A DNA stretch of 63,025 bases, filler included, from Octopus bimaculoides (taxonomy: Eukaryota): the NCBI RefSeq assembly GCF_001194135.2. It is 4 parts of 4 records of this genome, joined end to end, with 100 filler letters (N's around TTAATTAATTAA, not from the genome) between each part and the next. Parts side by side here need not be neighbours in the genome. Positions count along the whole stretch, not along the records: positions 1 to 23,770 come from NC_068989.1; 3 more parts are not named here. One strand, written 5' to 3'. The position numbers and the translations under genes are program-made. A model generated the notes under the pieces. That model ran no database searches, was not told the origin of the DNA, and saw only the letters and a list, made by a program, of their open reading frames with translations. Shown here one piece after another: positions 1 to 12,590 of this stretch (its first letter is position 1; every line of letters starts with the position of its first letter).

Positions 1-275
1 GCTGTGCGTGAGAAGACCCGGCAAGCCAAGTAAGATCGTTGCCAGTGCCCCTGGACTGGCTCTTGTGCGGGTGGCACATAAGATGCACCATTTTGAGCGT
101 GGCCGTTGCCAGCACCGTCTGACTGGCTTCCGTAGGATTTTCGAGCGAGATCGTTGCCAGTGCCCCTGGAATGGCTTGTGCGGGTGGCACATAAAAGACA
201 CCATTTCGAGCGTGGCCGTTGCCAGTATCGCCTGACTGGCCTTCGTGCAGGTGACACGTAAAAGCACCTACTACA
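1..275 (+). mobile_element. CAT-tailed modular SINE (family B), 5'/central part
   Basis: Alternating modules agatcgttgccagtgcccctggactggc / tggccgttgccagtaccgcctgactggc, shared with copies at 23871, 45130 and 51530; tail missing here. Confidence 0.8.
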
Positions 276-345
276 CTGGGGTTGATCTAATCGACTCGCC
301 TCCTCCCCAAAAATTTCGGGCCTTGTGCCTAGAGTAGAAAAGAAT
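268..345 (+). mobile_element. tRNA-type SINE (family A), 3' portion
   Basis: cactggggttgatctaatcgac...ccttgtgcctagagtagaaaagaat matches the 3' end of the family-A copies elsewhere in the window. Confidence 0.7.
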
Positions 346-399
346 GAATATCAGACTGGTATAATAAAGTGTTTTTGTTCGTGATTTCAAAGGTAGTTT

Positions 400-899
400 A
401 TTTGCAATCTGACAGTGTCTAACAGTTCATACATTAAAATTCTATCTAATGTTGAAGTTTGGAACAGGATTTCAAGATAGTAGAGGCACAACACTTTCAA
501 ATATTCCCCGTAGTTAAGGCTTTTAACCACAGGTATTTTACTGGTAAACATTCTTTGTAACCCTTCAATTTCTTCTGTAAGACTGGATGAGTTAAGAGAC
601 CAAAGCTGTGAGCAGTAATCTAACTTGTTAAGAACTCTGGTTTTCCATAGAGTTAGCCTACCTACAGGTTCACTTGTCACAAAGGTTTGCAGGATCCATC
701 CTATGAGATGTCTACATTTAGAAGTCAGTTTGATTTTGTGGCTAATGAAAGATGCATCATTTGACATGATTACTCCTAAGTCCCATATGTCATTAGTGTT
801 CTGAATCATTCTGGCATCAAATTTTGCGATTTCTGTGTATTCTCTGTAACGAACACCCTGAAATTTTGATGTATTAAATTTCATATTGTTTTCATCCAC
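400..899 (-). mobile_element. CR1-group LINE, reverse transcriptase C-terminal fragment
   Basis: Translation DLGVIMSND...KCRHLIGWILQTF...LWKTRVLNKLDYCSQLWS...LQRMFTSKI...LNYGEYLKVL resembles CR1/L2/Crack ORF2 C-terminus. Confidence 0.8.
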
Positions 900-2694
900 C
901 TATTGATGAATGAGGTTTTGCTCATTTTGGAGTGTGACAGTATCTTTTGGAGTTTGGATAGCCAAGTATATTTTTGTGAAACCCTTAAAGTCACTTAATG
1001 TGACCTAAAGTATTAATTATGCCACATTTCTGTGAAAGACATAACACGTAATTAAAAGCTTCCCAAAAATTCCCCCCCCACACACACACACCAACTACTT
1101 TAGAGATTGTATGTGGTACCAGCACTAGAGATATGTCATATCCTTAACAAGACTAAGGGTCCTTACAGCTTGACATTTTAGAGATATTTTGTGCATTTTT
1201 CCTATCATAAGCACTAGAGAGACAATTATATCCCCAATATGACTAAAAGGATCTGGTCACCCCACTTCTCTGCTCATTTGCCAGCCTCTTTAAAGAATGA
1301 GAAGCATGAGTGATAGACACATGAATGGAGGCATAAATAATAGTGATGAGAGGGGATGTATGATAGGAGTAGAAGTTATAGGAGTACTCAGTATTCTAAG
1401 ATAGATATGTATTTTCGAGTTAACATGACCAAAATGGCAGGGAATGAAGTCTACGTGACCTTTGAATTAGATTGATAACAGAGACCTTGAATGTTTGGTA
1501 AATAAGAAGGAGGATTCTGATAATAGAGAAACTGAAACATATAACAGGAAGTACATAAGGGAAGGGTGAAAGTAGAGTGGTTCAATGAAGACACCTATAC
1601 ATAGGCTTCAAGATGGGTCAAAGGGGTTGAAAAGTAGAGATGAGCAATATGCGTGCTGTGCTTTGTATCAGTGTGTGCATACATGCACACACTAAACATA
1701 CATATGCATGTGTACGTGTACACGCACACATACATGTAATAATGATAGAAAGATTGAAAGAGGATAAGAGAGATAGTTTTATTTTTACTCTATAGATATC
1801 AAATGAATCCGGATTCTCGACTTTATATTGTTTATTATTTCTCTATAGTTCTAATTTCAGTTATTTAAGCAAATGTCTCATGTTCACTTCCTTTCATTAT
1901 TTCCATTTTGTATTGTGTGACCACTTCAAATATGTAGCCTAATGCATTACTAGCACAACTTGCTATTATGTTTACTCCATTACATATCTAAGTTGCCTGT
2001 AAGTAAAGTGGGTGTTTGACTTAATCCATCTCTCACTTAAGTACCATTACTTAGTAATGGAATCTACTCTGTCACAAGCAATCAATCAAGGTCTCTAATC
2101 TGAGAAAAACTTCATTTGATTAGTTATGAAGTTCCTGAAAAGGGGTCATGAGCACTGCCCTTTCTCTTTTGACTAAATCATTAAAACAAAAACAAAAGAG
2201 AAAGAGAAAATGGTAATAACATTTAGGATGAGATCAGATCTTAGCATGTTGAGTCTTGTGATAGAGTCAATAAGATGATCGGGGCTATTGATATGCTGTA
2301 TTAATGGCACATTAAACATATACAAGCATGAGGAAACAGATGTCAAAGCCTAGGTTCTGGAGTCAAAGTCAGTACATTTCTGCCAGCTCTGATTCTGACT
2401 CCAGCTAAATGTGAATTGTAATAATAAAATGATGCTAATTTGACTGTTTTGACTGACGGCGACAACGATGATGGTGGTGGTGGCAATGACATTGGCAGTG
2501 GTGGTGGTTATAATAACTGTTTTCTGGCACTGAAAAATAATCAAAACTGATTTAAGGGTTTTCATGAAAGAGATTCTTGGAGAAGGAATTCTGTTTATTA
2601 CAATAAAATGTTAAGAAATTTTGGGATTTGGAATTTTGATCTGACATCCTCTTCTATAAATATAGCATTTCTGTAATAAATATTGATTTCAACT

Positions 2695-2892
2695 TTTGGC
2701 ACAGGGCCAGCAGTTTTGGGGGAATATGTAAGTCAATTACATTGACTCCAGAGCTCAACTGGCACTTATTTTATCAAAAGGATGAAAAGTAAAGTCAACC
2801 TTGGTGGAATTTGAACTCAGAATGTGAAGATGGATGAATTACTGTGAAGCATTTTGCTTGGCGTGCTAACAATTCTGCTAGCTCACCACCTT
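2695..2892 (-). mobile_element. SINE family A, CpG-decayed copy
   Basis: Reverse complement gives ggtgagctagcagaattgttagcacgcc...ctgagttcaaattccacc...gttgactttact... Confidence 0.8.
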
Positions 2893-3972
2893 ATTTCTTT
2901 AATAAATATTGAAAGGATAAACTTTTCAATCTTTAACAATATTTTTTATTATGTTTTATATTGAAACAAAGCTTTAATCTCAAAAACAATTGTTTATGTA
3001 TCTCATTACTTATTTCTTTTAAAATTATTTGCCATAATACTTGAGGTGTCTTTTGGTTTTAACTTTAATTTCTTTTATATTTTTGAAATGGTAAATAAAG
3101 ATGTTCCTGACTTTCTTTTGTAGTATTTTTATAGTTTATTTATTTTACATCCATTTATTTCATTGCCTTTTGACCAAAACAGCTTCTGTTTAAAAATGTT
3201 CTGTGTTTTGTCTTATGCTTAATTGTTTTTTTTTTTTTTATTTGATAAATTATATATAAAAGTCACAATAGTATAGCTATAGCCTTTAAGCTTAACTTTA
3301 ACAGATTAGGGTGCTAAAGATAGCCTGATTATTCACAGTGGTCATGTATGTTGTTTGCTTTCACTTAATATAATAAATACATGATTAGTCTAATTACTAA
3401 CAGAGGAGTTAAAGAGTCAGAGTGAGAGTCTGTGATACCATAAATTGGTGAGTTATAGTTGGCGTCAGAGTGAAAGGTTTTGTGTACTGACTTTGCCGAT
3501 GATGACAACCACAACAATGACATAGTGTTGTGGTTGTTTAATGTGATGTCAACTTTAATCAAGAAGATTTATGATCAAAGGCACTCCAACTGTGACCAAC
3601 TCATCTTTATTTCAGGCACAATGAATTGTGTACAACACTATCTAATATGTCCTATTTTCATTTTTTTTGGTTTGCTTTTAAGAATGTAAGGCATGATTTT
3701 TAGAAAGATTTGGCTGCTATCTCTAGCATGGATTCCCTCTATGAATTTGACTTTCGATGGGCAGACTTTGTAAGTCTTGAGGCTGTTGGCAAGTCTTTTA
3801 CCTTCAGTTTGACCTTGATGATGTTTATGATGATGATGAAGTTGATCTTTGCACCAACAGCTTCTTTTCTTGCATCCTTTCTGTTCTACTAATAACAGAT
3901 TGTTTCTATCAAAGAAGCTATAGTCCACTTCATGAACTTGTACATGAGGGATTTCTCCATTGTTGGTAGATA

Positions 3973-4328
3973 GGTATATTTACCAAGTAGATAAATGTTG
4001 TTTAAGTTGTTTAGTCTGGAGTTCAGCGTTCCGTCTATTTCTTTAATATTATAGTAGGAAGTCAGGTATACAATCTAAAGATGTATAACCCACTTTCTAC
4101 TAAAGGTCTATAATTTTTTAGGTTCTGCATTTTCTCCTTCTTGAGGATTAAGTTATGTGGTTTCCATGTAAACCATCCGGGGTATTCTCATTGCCTTCCA
4201 ATTAGTCATTTTATTGATGACAACAGTTGTCTCCATGACAGTGGTGTCAAAATCATTTTTTATTCTCTAAGTGTTTGTGTTGGTCCTACTATTGCTGAAT
4301 CCATGTAGCTCATGTTTTTACTTGTTAT
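3973..4328. repeat. ~355-bp direct repeat, copy 1 (copy 2 at ~5092-5448)
   Basis: Direct comparison: 4 substitutions in the first ~110 bp, then identical; copies flank the 4329-4883 gap. Confidence 0.9.
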
Positions 4329-4883
4329 NNNNNNNNNNNNNNNNNNNNNNNNNNNNNNNNNNNNNNNNNNNNNNNNNNNNNNNNNNNNNNNNNNNNNNNN
4401 NNNNNNNNNNNNNNNNNNNNNNNNNNNNNNNNNNNNNNNNNNNNNNNNNNNNNNNNNNNNNNNNNNNNNNNNNNNNNNNNNNNNNNNNNNNNNNNNNNNN
4501 NNNNNNNNNNNNNNNNNNNNNNNNNNNNNNNNNNNNNNNNNNNNNNNNNNNNNNNNNNNNNNNNNNNNNNNNNNNNNNNNNNNNNNNNNNNNNNNNNNNN
4601 NNNNNNNNNNNNNNNNNNNNNNNNNNNNNNNNNNNNNNNNNNNNNNNNNNNNNNNNNNNNNNNNNNNNNNNNNNNNNNNNNNNNNNNNNNNNNNNNNNNN
4701 NNNNNNNNNNNNNNNNNNNNNNNNNNNNNNNNNNNNNNNNNNNNNNNNNNNNNNNNNNNNNNNNNNNNNNNNNNNNNNNNNNNNNNNNNNNNNNNNNNNN
4801 NNNNNNNNNNNNNNNNNNNNNNNNNNNNNNNNNNNNNNNNNNNNNNNNNNNNNNNNNNNNNNNNNNNNNNNNNNNNNNNNNNN

Positions 4884-5090
4884 CGTGCGTTTCCACTCTG
4901 GCGAGGGAGCTCTGTAGTAACGCCTGCGCATGCGTAGAATTAAACAGGCAAGCGTTTCCCGCTCAATTCATACTCTTTCTCGCTGGCCAGCGATTGAGCA
5001 TGGACGTGTGTTTAAAGCTGTCTCTACATCTTTCGGTCTTACGCTCGACAGCTCGTTATTCTCACCTCTAAAGATGTATAACTAAAGATT
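4884..5090. mobile_element. CpG-rich interior of a young insertion of uncertain class
   Basis: Abrupt GC/CpG rise; contains ctaaagatgtataac, also present in the ~130-bp unit that interrupts the R4 ORF. Confidence 0.4.
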
Positions 5091-5654
5091 TGTATATTTA
5101 CCAAGTAAATAAATGTTGTTTAAGTTGTTTAGTCTGGAGTTCAGCGTTCTGTCTATTTCTTTAATTTTATAGTAGAAAGTCAGGTATACAATCTAAAGAT
5201 GTATAACCCACTTTCTACTAAAGGTCTATAATTTTTTAGGTTCTGCATTTTCTCCTTCTTGAGGATTAAGTTATGTGGTTTCCATGTAAACCATCCGGGG
5301 TATTCTCATTGCCTTCCAATTAGTCATTTTATTGATGACAACAGTTGTCTCCATGACAGTGGTGTCAAAATCATTTTTTATTCTCTAAGTGTTTGTGTTG
5401 GTCCTACTATTGCTGAATCCATGTAGCTCATGTTTTTACTTGTTATTTCAGAAGTCCTCAATTTATTTGATAGTGTGTGGTTTGTTGATGTCTGTTTTCT
5501 TGTTGTCTAACTCACTGCAGAATTTTCTTTGAAGATCTTGTTTTGCATGAAGAACTTCCTCCTCTTGTTGAATTTCGTGGGTTTCTGTGCTTTCACTTAA
5601 ATCTGCTGTTTTTTGTATAAAAGAGCTCTGCCAGCAGATAAATACTAAAAGATT

Positions 5655-5835
5655 ATTGCTGCTGTTGCTGTCGTTTTTGTTGTTATTGCTGTTGCTGTCA
5701 TAGTCATCACTGCTGCTGTCATTGTCATTGCTGCTGCTGCCATTGTCATCACAGCTACTGTCGTCATCGCTGCTGCTGTCATCTTCATTGTTGATGGTGG
5801 CAGTGGCAGTGTCATCATCATCGTTGTCAGCAACA
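5655..5835. repeat. Low-complexity (GCT/GAT/CAT) trinucleotide tract inside the R4 element
   Basis: Imperfect triplet runs; explains the Asp/Ser/Asn-rich and poly-aliphatic ORFs. Confidence 0.85.
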
Positions 5836-6859
5836 GCTGTAAAGGAAATGAGCACAAATGGAAAAATATCTGAAAGAAGTGTCTCTTTAGCTGTTGGCAT
5901 ACCAGCCTTCTATCTGATGTTCAATTTATATTTCAGTTCATTTCCTTTTCCTCTCTTTGATGTTGGTATCTTTTTAAACATTACTCAGAAGTGATAGTTG
6001 TCCTTGCAGTTTCCTGGTCTCCTTCCAAACTGGTTGTTTTCTTTTCTATCTCTGTTATTGTTTTGGTCTTTTTCCTGCTGTGTCTGCAATGGCTGAAGTA
6101 GCCAGAAATATAAACAGCTTGATTTCTGTGAAATTCATTAATCTTTCCATTCTGCCCTTGATATTTTGGACAGTTTCATTGACCAATCTACCAAAATTTT
6201 TCAGAATGGTAGTCTTTCCCATTCTATGTGAATATTAATTGTTTTTTGATAGACATTTCATTCAAGATTTACTGTTTCTACTGAAGGCTTGCTGTCATCT
6301 CTAGTGCTTTCTCATTATTGTATTCTTCTAGAATCACCTCTGTTTTGTGTTGTATTTCTGGAGTGGCAGTGACAGTGGTTTCTGCTTCTTGTTTCTCTTC
6401 ATTAGCAGCTGATATTTTGTCAGGCTTGTTGATGATTGTGTTGAAATTTGTTCTTTCAGATTTTTTTCAAGCTGGAAATTTTTTCTTTCTGATCTTTGTT
6501 TTTTGATGTTCTCAATTTGAAATTTGTTGGTATCCAGGTTTGGTGTGTCCATGGGATGCTTATTTTCACAGGATGTAGATAGTTTTAGATGTTGATGTTA
6601 TTTTCATGTTCAGTAAAGCAATATTGAATGACATTTCTGTTTTGTTCCTTTTCTTGGGTTTTCAATAATTGTCAAGTAAAGTTTGTTCCAGCAGCAAACA
6701 TTTTAATAAAAATCTAGTCCCCTACTGAGAGTTGTAGGTCTTGTTCAATTAGTTGTATAGGCATTAGTATGTTTGTCAGATCCCCTTTTATGACTGGCTT
6801 GCTATAATTGCATTGCCCAGACCAGACAAAGGGTGGTGGTGGTGGCGGCAGTGGCGGTG

Positions 6860-7682
6860 GTTGAGTTATTAGATTTCTCCAAGGTCAACTTTGCTTTTCA
6901 TCCTTTTGGAGGTCAATAAAGTAAAGTCCTGGTCAAATACTGGGGTCAATAATATCAACTAACCCACTAAAAACTATTGAGCTTGTACCTAGATTTGAAA
7001 TAGTTAACAGACATTGGATTGAAAGACGCAATAGAGCATTCAACAAAATGTCTTATAGCATTTCTTTTAGCACTCTGTTTTGAATTCAAATCCTGTTGAA
7101 GTCAGCTTTGTCTTTCAGTTGTCTATGGTTGATAAAATAAGGGCTAGTCAAATACTCTGGTCAAAGCAATTGACTAATCCACCGCCCTTCAAAAATATTG
7201 CTGACTTTGTGCTTAAATCAGAAAACATTATTTAGGATAGCAAACAGGTAGAATTGGATGAGCATTGGAAAATATGCTTAGTGATATTTTTTCTGTTTCT
7301 TTACTTTCTGAGTTCAATTCCTTCTGGAGTCAATTTTGCCTTTCATCTTTTTGGGGTTGATAAAGTAAGTACCAGTTGAGCACTGGGTTTGATGTAATGG
7401 ACTTTCCCATCGCCTCAAGCTGGAAAAAAGGTGATATTCATGACCAGCTTATATTTGTCTAGTTCAAGTAAGAGTTGTCCATTGAAATATTAATTAATTG
7501 ATACTGTTTTCAAATTTTGGCTCAAGGCCAGCAATTTCATGGGAGGGGTACATCAATTACATCAACCCTGAAGGGATAAAAGGCAAAGCTGACCTCAGAG
7601 GAATTTGAACTCAGAACGTGAAGACAAACAGAATAGTAGCATTTCATCCAGCATGCTAATGATTCTGCTAGCTCCCCACCTT
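6860..7682. mobile_element. Cluster of four family-A SINEs (three +, last -)
   Basis: Repeated gtcaactttgcctttcatcc...gataaagtaagtaccag motifs at ~6880, 7100, 7330; inverted copy 7515-7682. Confidence 0.75.
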
Positions 7683-7732
7683 TACAATTAATTAATATTG
7701 ATAATATTAATATACTAGAGTGCTTATTTGTT

Positions 7733-8975
7733 ATATGACAAGTAACTCTGGAAGTATACTTTTGCTACCATGGGTAATTTAAGAAAGAATGGCATAAATG
7801 CGAAAGTTATAATTTAACTTTTCTAAAATTTCTTGGTGCTTATACAAAATGATGAAATGAATATTAATTTTTCTTGCAAAGTGATGCCTTTTAATGCTTC
7901 CATTGTTTTTTCCTTCACCTCTTCCACATCTGCAAAACGTTTTTCTTTAAGGACTTTTTCCCTTTGGGGGAACAACAAAAAAAGTCATAGGGAGGGTGGG
8001 CCAGCCAGGTCATGCCCTTTTTGGTCAAAAACTGTCTCACACTCAAGGCGGTGTGTGTAGGTGCATTGTCATGATGAAACCACCACTCTCCACTTTACCA
8101 CAGGTTGGGGTGTTTTCATCTCACCACGTCTTGCAAATGCTTCAGAACAGTTAACAATTTGACCAGGAGGAACAAATTCTGTGTGAACAATTCCTTTCAC
8201 ATTGATGAAACAAATCAACATTGTCTTGACATTGGACTTTGCTTGACATGCTTTTTTGGGGTGTGGTGACATTGAACAATTCCATTGACTTGATTGCTGC
8301 TTCATTTCCAGGTCATAGCCATAGCACCAGCTTTCATCACCATTGATGACCTTCGAAAAACAGTCCAAATCAACTTCCAACCATTCTTTCAGTTCATGAC
8401 ACACATTCAGCTGTGACTGCTTGAGAAAGTAAGGCACAAATTTTGCTGCAACTCTTTTCATTCTTTTCATTCCTCACTCAAAATTTGTTGGCAGGAGCTC
8501 CAAGATGCACGAATCACATCAAGTTTGTCAATTGTTTGGCAATGGTCCTCCTAGATCAGTTCATGAAATTTTCATGATGTCTTCATTTGTCTGGGAGATC
8601 GATGGTTGCCCTGAACGAGGTTGGCATTCAAGCAACAAGTGACCATTCCTAAAGCATGAAAGCCACCCATAAACTTGTGTTTAGCTCATAGTAGCATCCT
8701 TGTAATCTGTTTGAAGCATGACAACTGTTTCAGCCACTGTTTTCCTCTGTAGGGAAAACAGAATTTCATGGAAGCATGCTGTTCCTTCACTTCAGCCATC
8801 ACAAAAATTGACAAACAGAGGAGAAGCATTACAAAACAATGATGCACCATGTGGCAGTACAACTTCAGTGGATGCTGCTGGTCAGCACACTGATGCAGGA
8901 GGATCACATCAGTCTGAACAACAATAGGATTGTCCCACAGAGAAGTTCCAGGTTACTTTTGGGTATTCCCTCATA
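7733..8975 (-). mobile_element. Mariner (Tc1/mariner) DNA transposon, degraded transposase
   Basis: MAEVKEQHASMKFCF..., GDESWCYGYD...KQQSSQW...SPHPKKA...KTMLICF, HHDNAP; 5' TIR tatgagggaatacccaaaagtaacctggaa at 8975, partial match at 7733. Confidence 0.9.
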
Positions 8976-8999
8976 TATATGTATCTTTCTTTTATCTTT

Positions 9000-9160
9000 T
9001 ACTTGTTTCAGTCATCATGCTGGGGCACCACCTTGAAGAATTTTAGTTGAATGAATCGACCCCAGGTCTTATTTTTTTTATTAAACAAGGTACTTATTCT
9101 ATCAGTCACTTTTTGCTGAACCACTGAGTGGTGGGAGACAAGCACAGATACAAAGACATA
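9000..9160 (-). mobile_element. tRNA-type SINE fragment
   Basis: cttttacttgtttcagtc..tgctggggcaccaccttgaagaattttag..tcgaccccagg, shared with 9645-9845 and 15440-15640. Confidence 0.65.
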
Positions 9161-9394
9161 TACATGCAGCTATANNNNNNNNNNNNNNNNNNNNNNNNNN
9201 NNNNNNNNNNNNNNNNNNNNNNNNNNNNNNNNNNNNNNNNNNNNNNNNNNNNNNNNNNNNNNNNNNNNNNNNNNNNNNNNNNNNNNNNNNNNNNNNNNNN
9301 NNNNNNNNNNNNNNNNNNNNNNNNNNNNNNNNNNNNNNNNNNNNNNNNNNNNNNNNNNNNNNNNNNNNNNNNNNNNNNNNNNNNNNNNNNNNNN

Positions 9395-9434
<40 letters not shown>

Positions 9435-10114
9435 GATGAGGCTATAGTAGATGACACCCAAAGTGCCATGCAGTGGGACATGTGGAACCATGTGGTTAGA
9501 AAGCAAGCTTCTTACCACACAGCCATGCCAGTTGTTAAGTGTCCCACCTATGAGGGATCGATGCTAGATGTGTCAAAACAATTGTCATGATTAATAAAAA
9601 TTATCATATATTCCATCTTTTATCTTTCATTTACCATATATAATCTTTTACATGTTTCAATCATTAGACTGTGCCTATGTTGGGGCACTGTCTCGAAGAA
9701 TTTTAGTCAAATGAATCAAAACCTGTACCTATTTTTTAAAACTCTGTTACTGATTCTATCTGTCCCCTTTGCTGTACTACTAGGTTATAGAGATGTAAAC
9801 ATACCGACATCAGTTGTCGAGCATTGGTGGGAAACAAGCAACGACACACACATGCATATATATACATTCGTTCTCTGGGTTGTTCAATTTTTCTCAACTG
9901 ATCAATGGACCATTTGAGTAAACCAATCAATGAACAAACCTATAATGATTATCATAATCAGCTGTAAGTCGAATTTGCTACAATATTCAGCAGAAGCAAC
10001 AAAACTGCTTCTGCTAAATGTTAACAAGAATATACATATATTTTTCCTGTTTGCATAACCATACCTGTTTGTGTGTGTGTGTGTGCGTGTGTATATATAT
10101 ATATAATAAGCTTA

Positions 10115-10275
10115 TTTCAATTTCCATCTACGAAATCTACTCACAAGGCTTTGGTCAGCTCAAGGCTTTAGTAAAAGGCACTTGCCCAAGGTGTCATACA
10201 GTGGGACTGAACCTGAACCTGGAACCATGTAGTTGGGAAGCAAACTTCTTACCACACACCCATGCCTGCGCCTGC
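10115..10275 (-). mobile_element. tRNA-derived SINE family C
   Basis: Reverse complement ggcatgggtgtgtggtaagaagtttgcttcccaac..gggttcagtcccactg..ccttgggcaagtg; same family at 37865 and 56085. Confidence 0.8.
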
Positions 10276-10842
10276 AAAGTTATATAAATATATATTTATA
10301 TATAAAAGATATATGTAAAAGTAATTTGCAAATTGACAATTCATTTTGAAATGTTAACAAAAATATCATTAGAAAGTTTACAAAATAACTGCTCTGTTAT
10401 TTACTTCCTCTCCCTGTCCTACCCAATCGCTATTGATTCTTCTCTCTAAGTATGGTTTATGTGCAACATTTTCACTCATTGCTTCCAACCAAGTCTAGTA
10501 TGGACACTCATCTTGCACCTCTCATGTTGACTCTGTATCTCTGTTTTACTCCCCACCCTTATTTCTACATAATGTAAAGCATGAATATGGGAATCAACCA
10601 ACCAACCACCCACTGAACATTTGTATTGGCCATTATTTAATAGAGATTATAATATATTATTATTTTTATAGTTAGAGGAGGAAAGGCAATTATGACCATT
10701 TTTAGTGTCTATGAGACTTGTAGAAGAAAGGGAAGAAATAATGATCAATAGTTTAGCTTTATACAGGAGGAGACTTGGTCTGAATACTTGCAACTGACCT
10801 GGGCCCAAACAACAACAACATGACATTTTCTTACTGCTTTAA

Positions 10843-11070
10843 CTCTCTTGATTCCAACCCACCTGAGACCACCTCTGGTCTTATGATACAAGTATTTTGC
10901 TCTGAAGTGATCTAAATTTAAAACTTTCAATCAAAATTTCATGTTAAATTTATGTTTCAAACATTAGCTTCATAATGAGAAAATTATTTTACTAAATTCT
11001 TTATTATTTTCAAAATTTATTAAAGCAAAAGGCAGCATATTTTAACAGCAATATGGTAAAAAAAAAGGGG
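10843..11070. mobile_element. piggyBac-like MITE (TTAA flanks), followed by partial tandem copy to ~11240
   Basis: TTAA at 10839-10842 and 11071-11074; right end aaggggttaa; TIRs imperfect. Confidence 0.5.
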
Positions 11071-11699
11071 TTAAAGTAATATAAATTAAAACATTCCACC
11101 AAAATTTCATGTTAATTTATATTCCAAACACTAACTTGATGGTGATAGAGTAATTTTACTAAATTCTTCTTTATTTTCAAATTTAATTGAAACAAAGACA
11201 ATATCTTTCAACAGAGATATGTGGCAACAGATTTTTTAAAAATAACTTACTAATCTTGTTGGATTAATGATATTTGTAACAAAATTCTAATTTTCAACTG
11301 TTTAAGATGTTTCATGTGTAAATCAAGTGTCATAATACAATGTGATAAGTAAGGTTTGAATTCATAAAAATGTAGTTTGCCACATAAGAAGTGTGCTGCT
11401 ATCACTGTTTGTTTGAAGATAAATTATTTGAAATTTTACACATTTTCTTTTCAAATTTAGATGCTGCTTTGTTAACAAGGGAATGAGATGTAATCTAGGA
11501 CATTTGTAGATCAAAGTACATATTTACATAGCAACATATTATGTACACAGAAACAGCACGTATTGAATAATATATTATATTTTAAGATAAAGTAATGAAA
11601 TAGATATTCTATGTTTAAAGTGCAATAGATTTTAAAATAGTAGTAAACACTGAATGATTTGAAGAGTATTTGTAGTATGACATTCCTTTTTAATTACTG

Positions 11700-12590
11700 A
11701 ATCTGGAGGAAGAGACTGCACCCATGGCCTTTGATGCTGTTAATGTTCCTCTTGAACCTTTTGAGTAAACACCTGCAAGAGAAGCATGAACAGGAAGGGA
11801 ATTCTTGAGGGTTGACGTTTTGGGAAGTAAGGATTAGGCATAATGATTAGTGTGGAGCCTGGGTTATGGAGCACAAAAAGGGTGATGAGAGGAGGAGAGA
11901 TATGTTATTGCTTTATCTTACTTTATATCACTGCCATTGATGTTTTCCTAAAGACTAGTGTCAATGAAATTGTGTGTGTAAACATGCATATAACTATATG
12001 TATTTCATATAATTGTCATTATTACTTAACATTCATATTGCTTGTTAGCATGGGTTGGGTGGTTTCGGCAAGATCTGATGAGCCTCAGGATTATGTTGAG
12101 CTCCAATTTCTACTTTAGCATGGTTTCTATGATTGGATCTCTTCGTAGTACTAACAACTTTTACAGAGTGTACTATGTGTTTTATTTGTGGTCCTGCATA
12201 CAGAAGGTCACCAAGTAACTTACAAGACAAGGTGCAGTATTGAGGAAACTGGCTTTGTGCTTGGAGTAGAGAAGCTAAAATAAGAAAGAGGAACAGGAAC
12301 ATGTTTTGCTCTGGAGGAGATACATGGATACCTCAACAGAAAAAGGAGAAAGCATGGTGGGGATCAGATATCAGGGCATACCCTTAAGGTACAAGAAAAT
12401 AAAGAAAGGAAGAATAAGGACAGAGTATCAAGGATGGTAGGGTGGATAGGTTCATGAGACAGTGAAAGGAGAGTGCTGAATAGTAGAGATGAGGTTAAAA
12501 GTGAATGCAGTGAAGACAATGGTGAATCTCAGTTTGGGGGAATGTAAGGAAAACTAGAATGGGTCAAGGAGGAGGTGATAAGTAGTAATA
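11700..12590 (-). mobile_element. Highly degraded CR1/L2-group LINE remnant
   Basis: Purine-rich plus strand typical of an antisense LINE; only weak motif similarity. Confidence 0.35.

Larger units (their letters stand above)
3560..6600 (-). mobile_element. Degraded R4/Dong-clade non-LTR retrotransposon ORF
   Basis: Minus-strand pieces KRKQPVWK, KRRKFFMQNKIF..RKFCSEL, LILKKEK..KNYRPL, LPTM, SFFDRNNLLLVEQKGCKKRSCWCKDQL; EQKGC...CKDQL is typical of R4/Dong RTs; many stops and frameshifts. Confidence 0.75.

Noticed and set aside
4260-5071. Long ORFs spanning N runs (also 9102-9518, 15563-16513, 54505-55439, 56955-57394)
   Set aside because: Length comes from X codons in gaps, not coding sequence
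5463-5994. Asp/Ser/Asn-rich ORF resembling an acidic biomineralisation protein
   Set aside because: A trinucleotide tract lying inside the R4/Dong relic; the flanking residues are LINE-derived
9985-10030. 10-bp stem agcagaagca/tgcttctgct considered as a hammerhead or terminator
   Set aside because: No CUGANGA or GAAA core; eukaryotic context gives no support for a terminator call
12074-12110. CTGATGA followed by a weak stem
   Set aside because: No GAAA or stem III; lies in a LINE remnant
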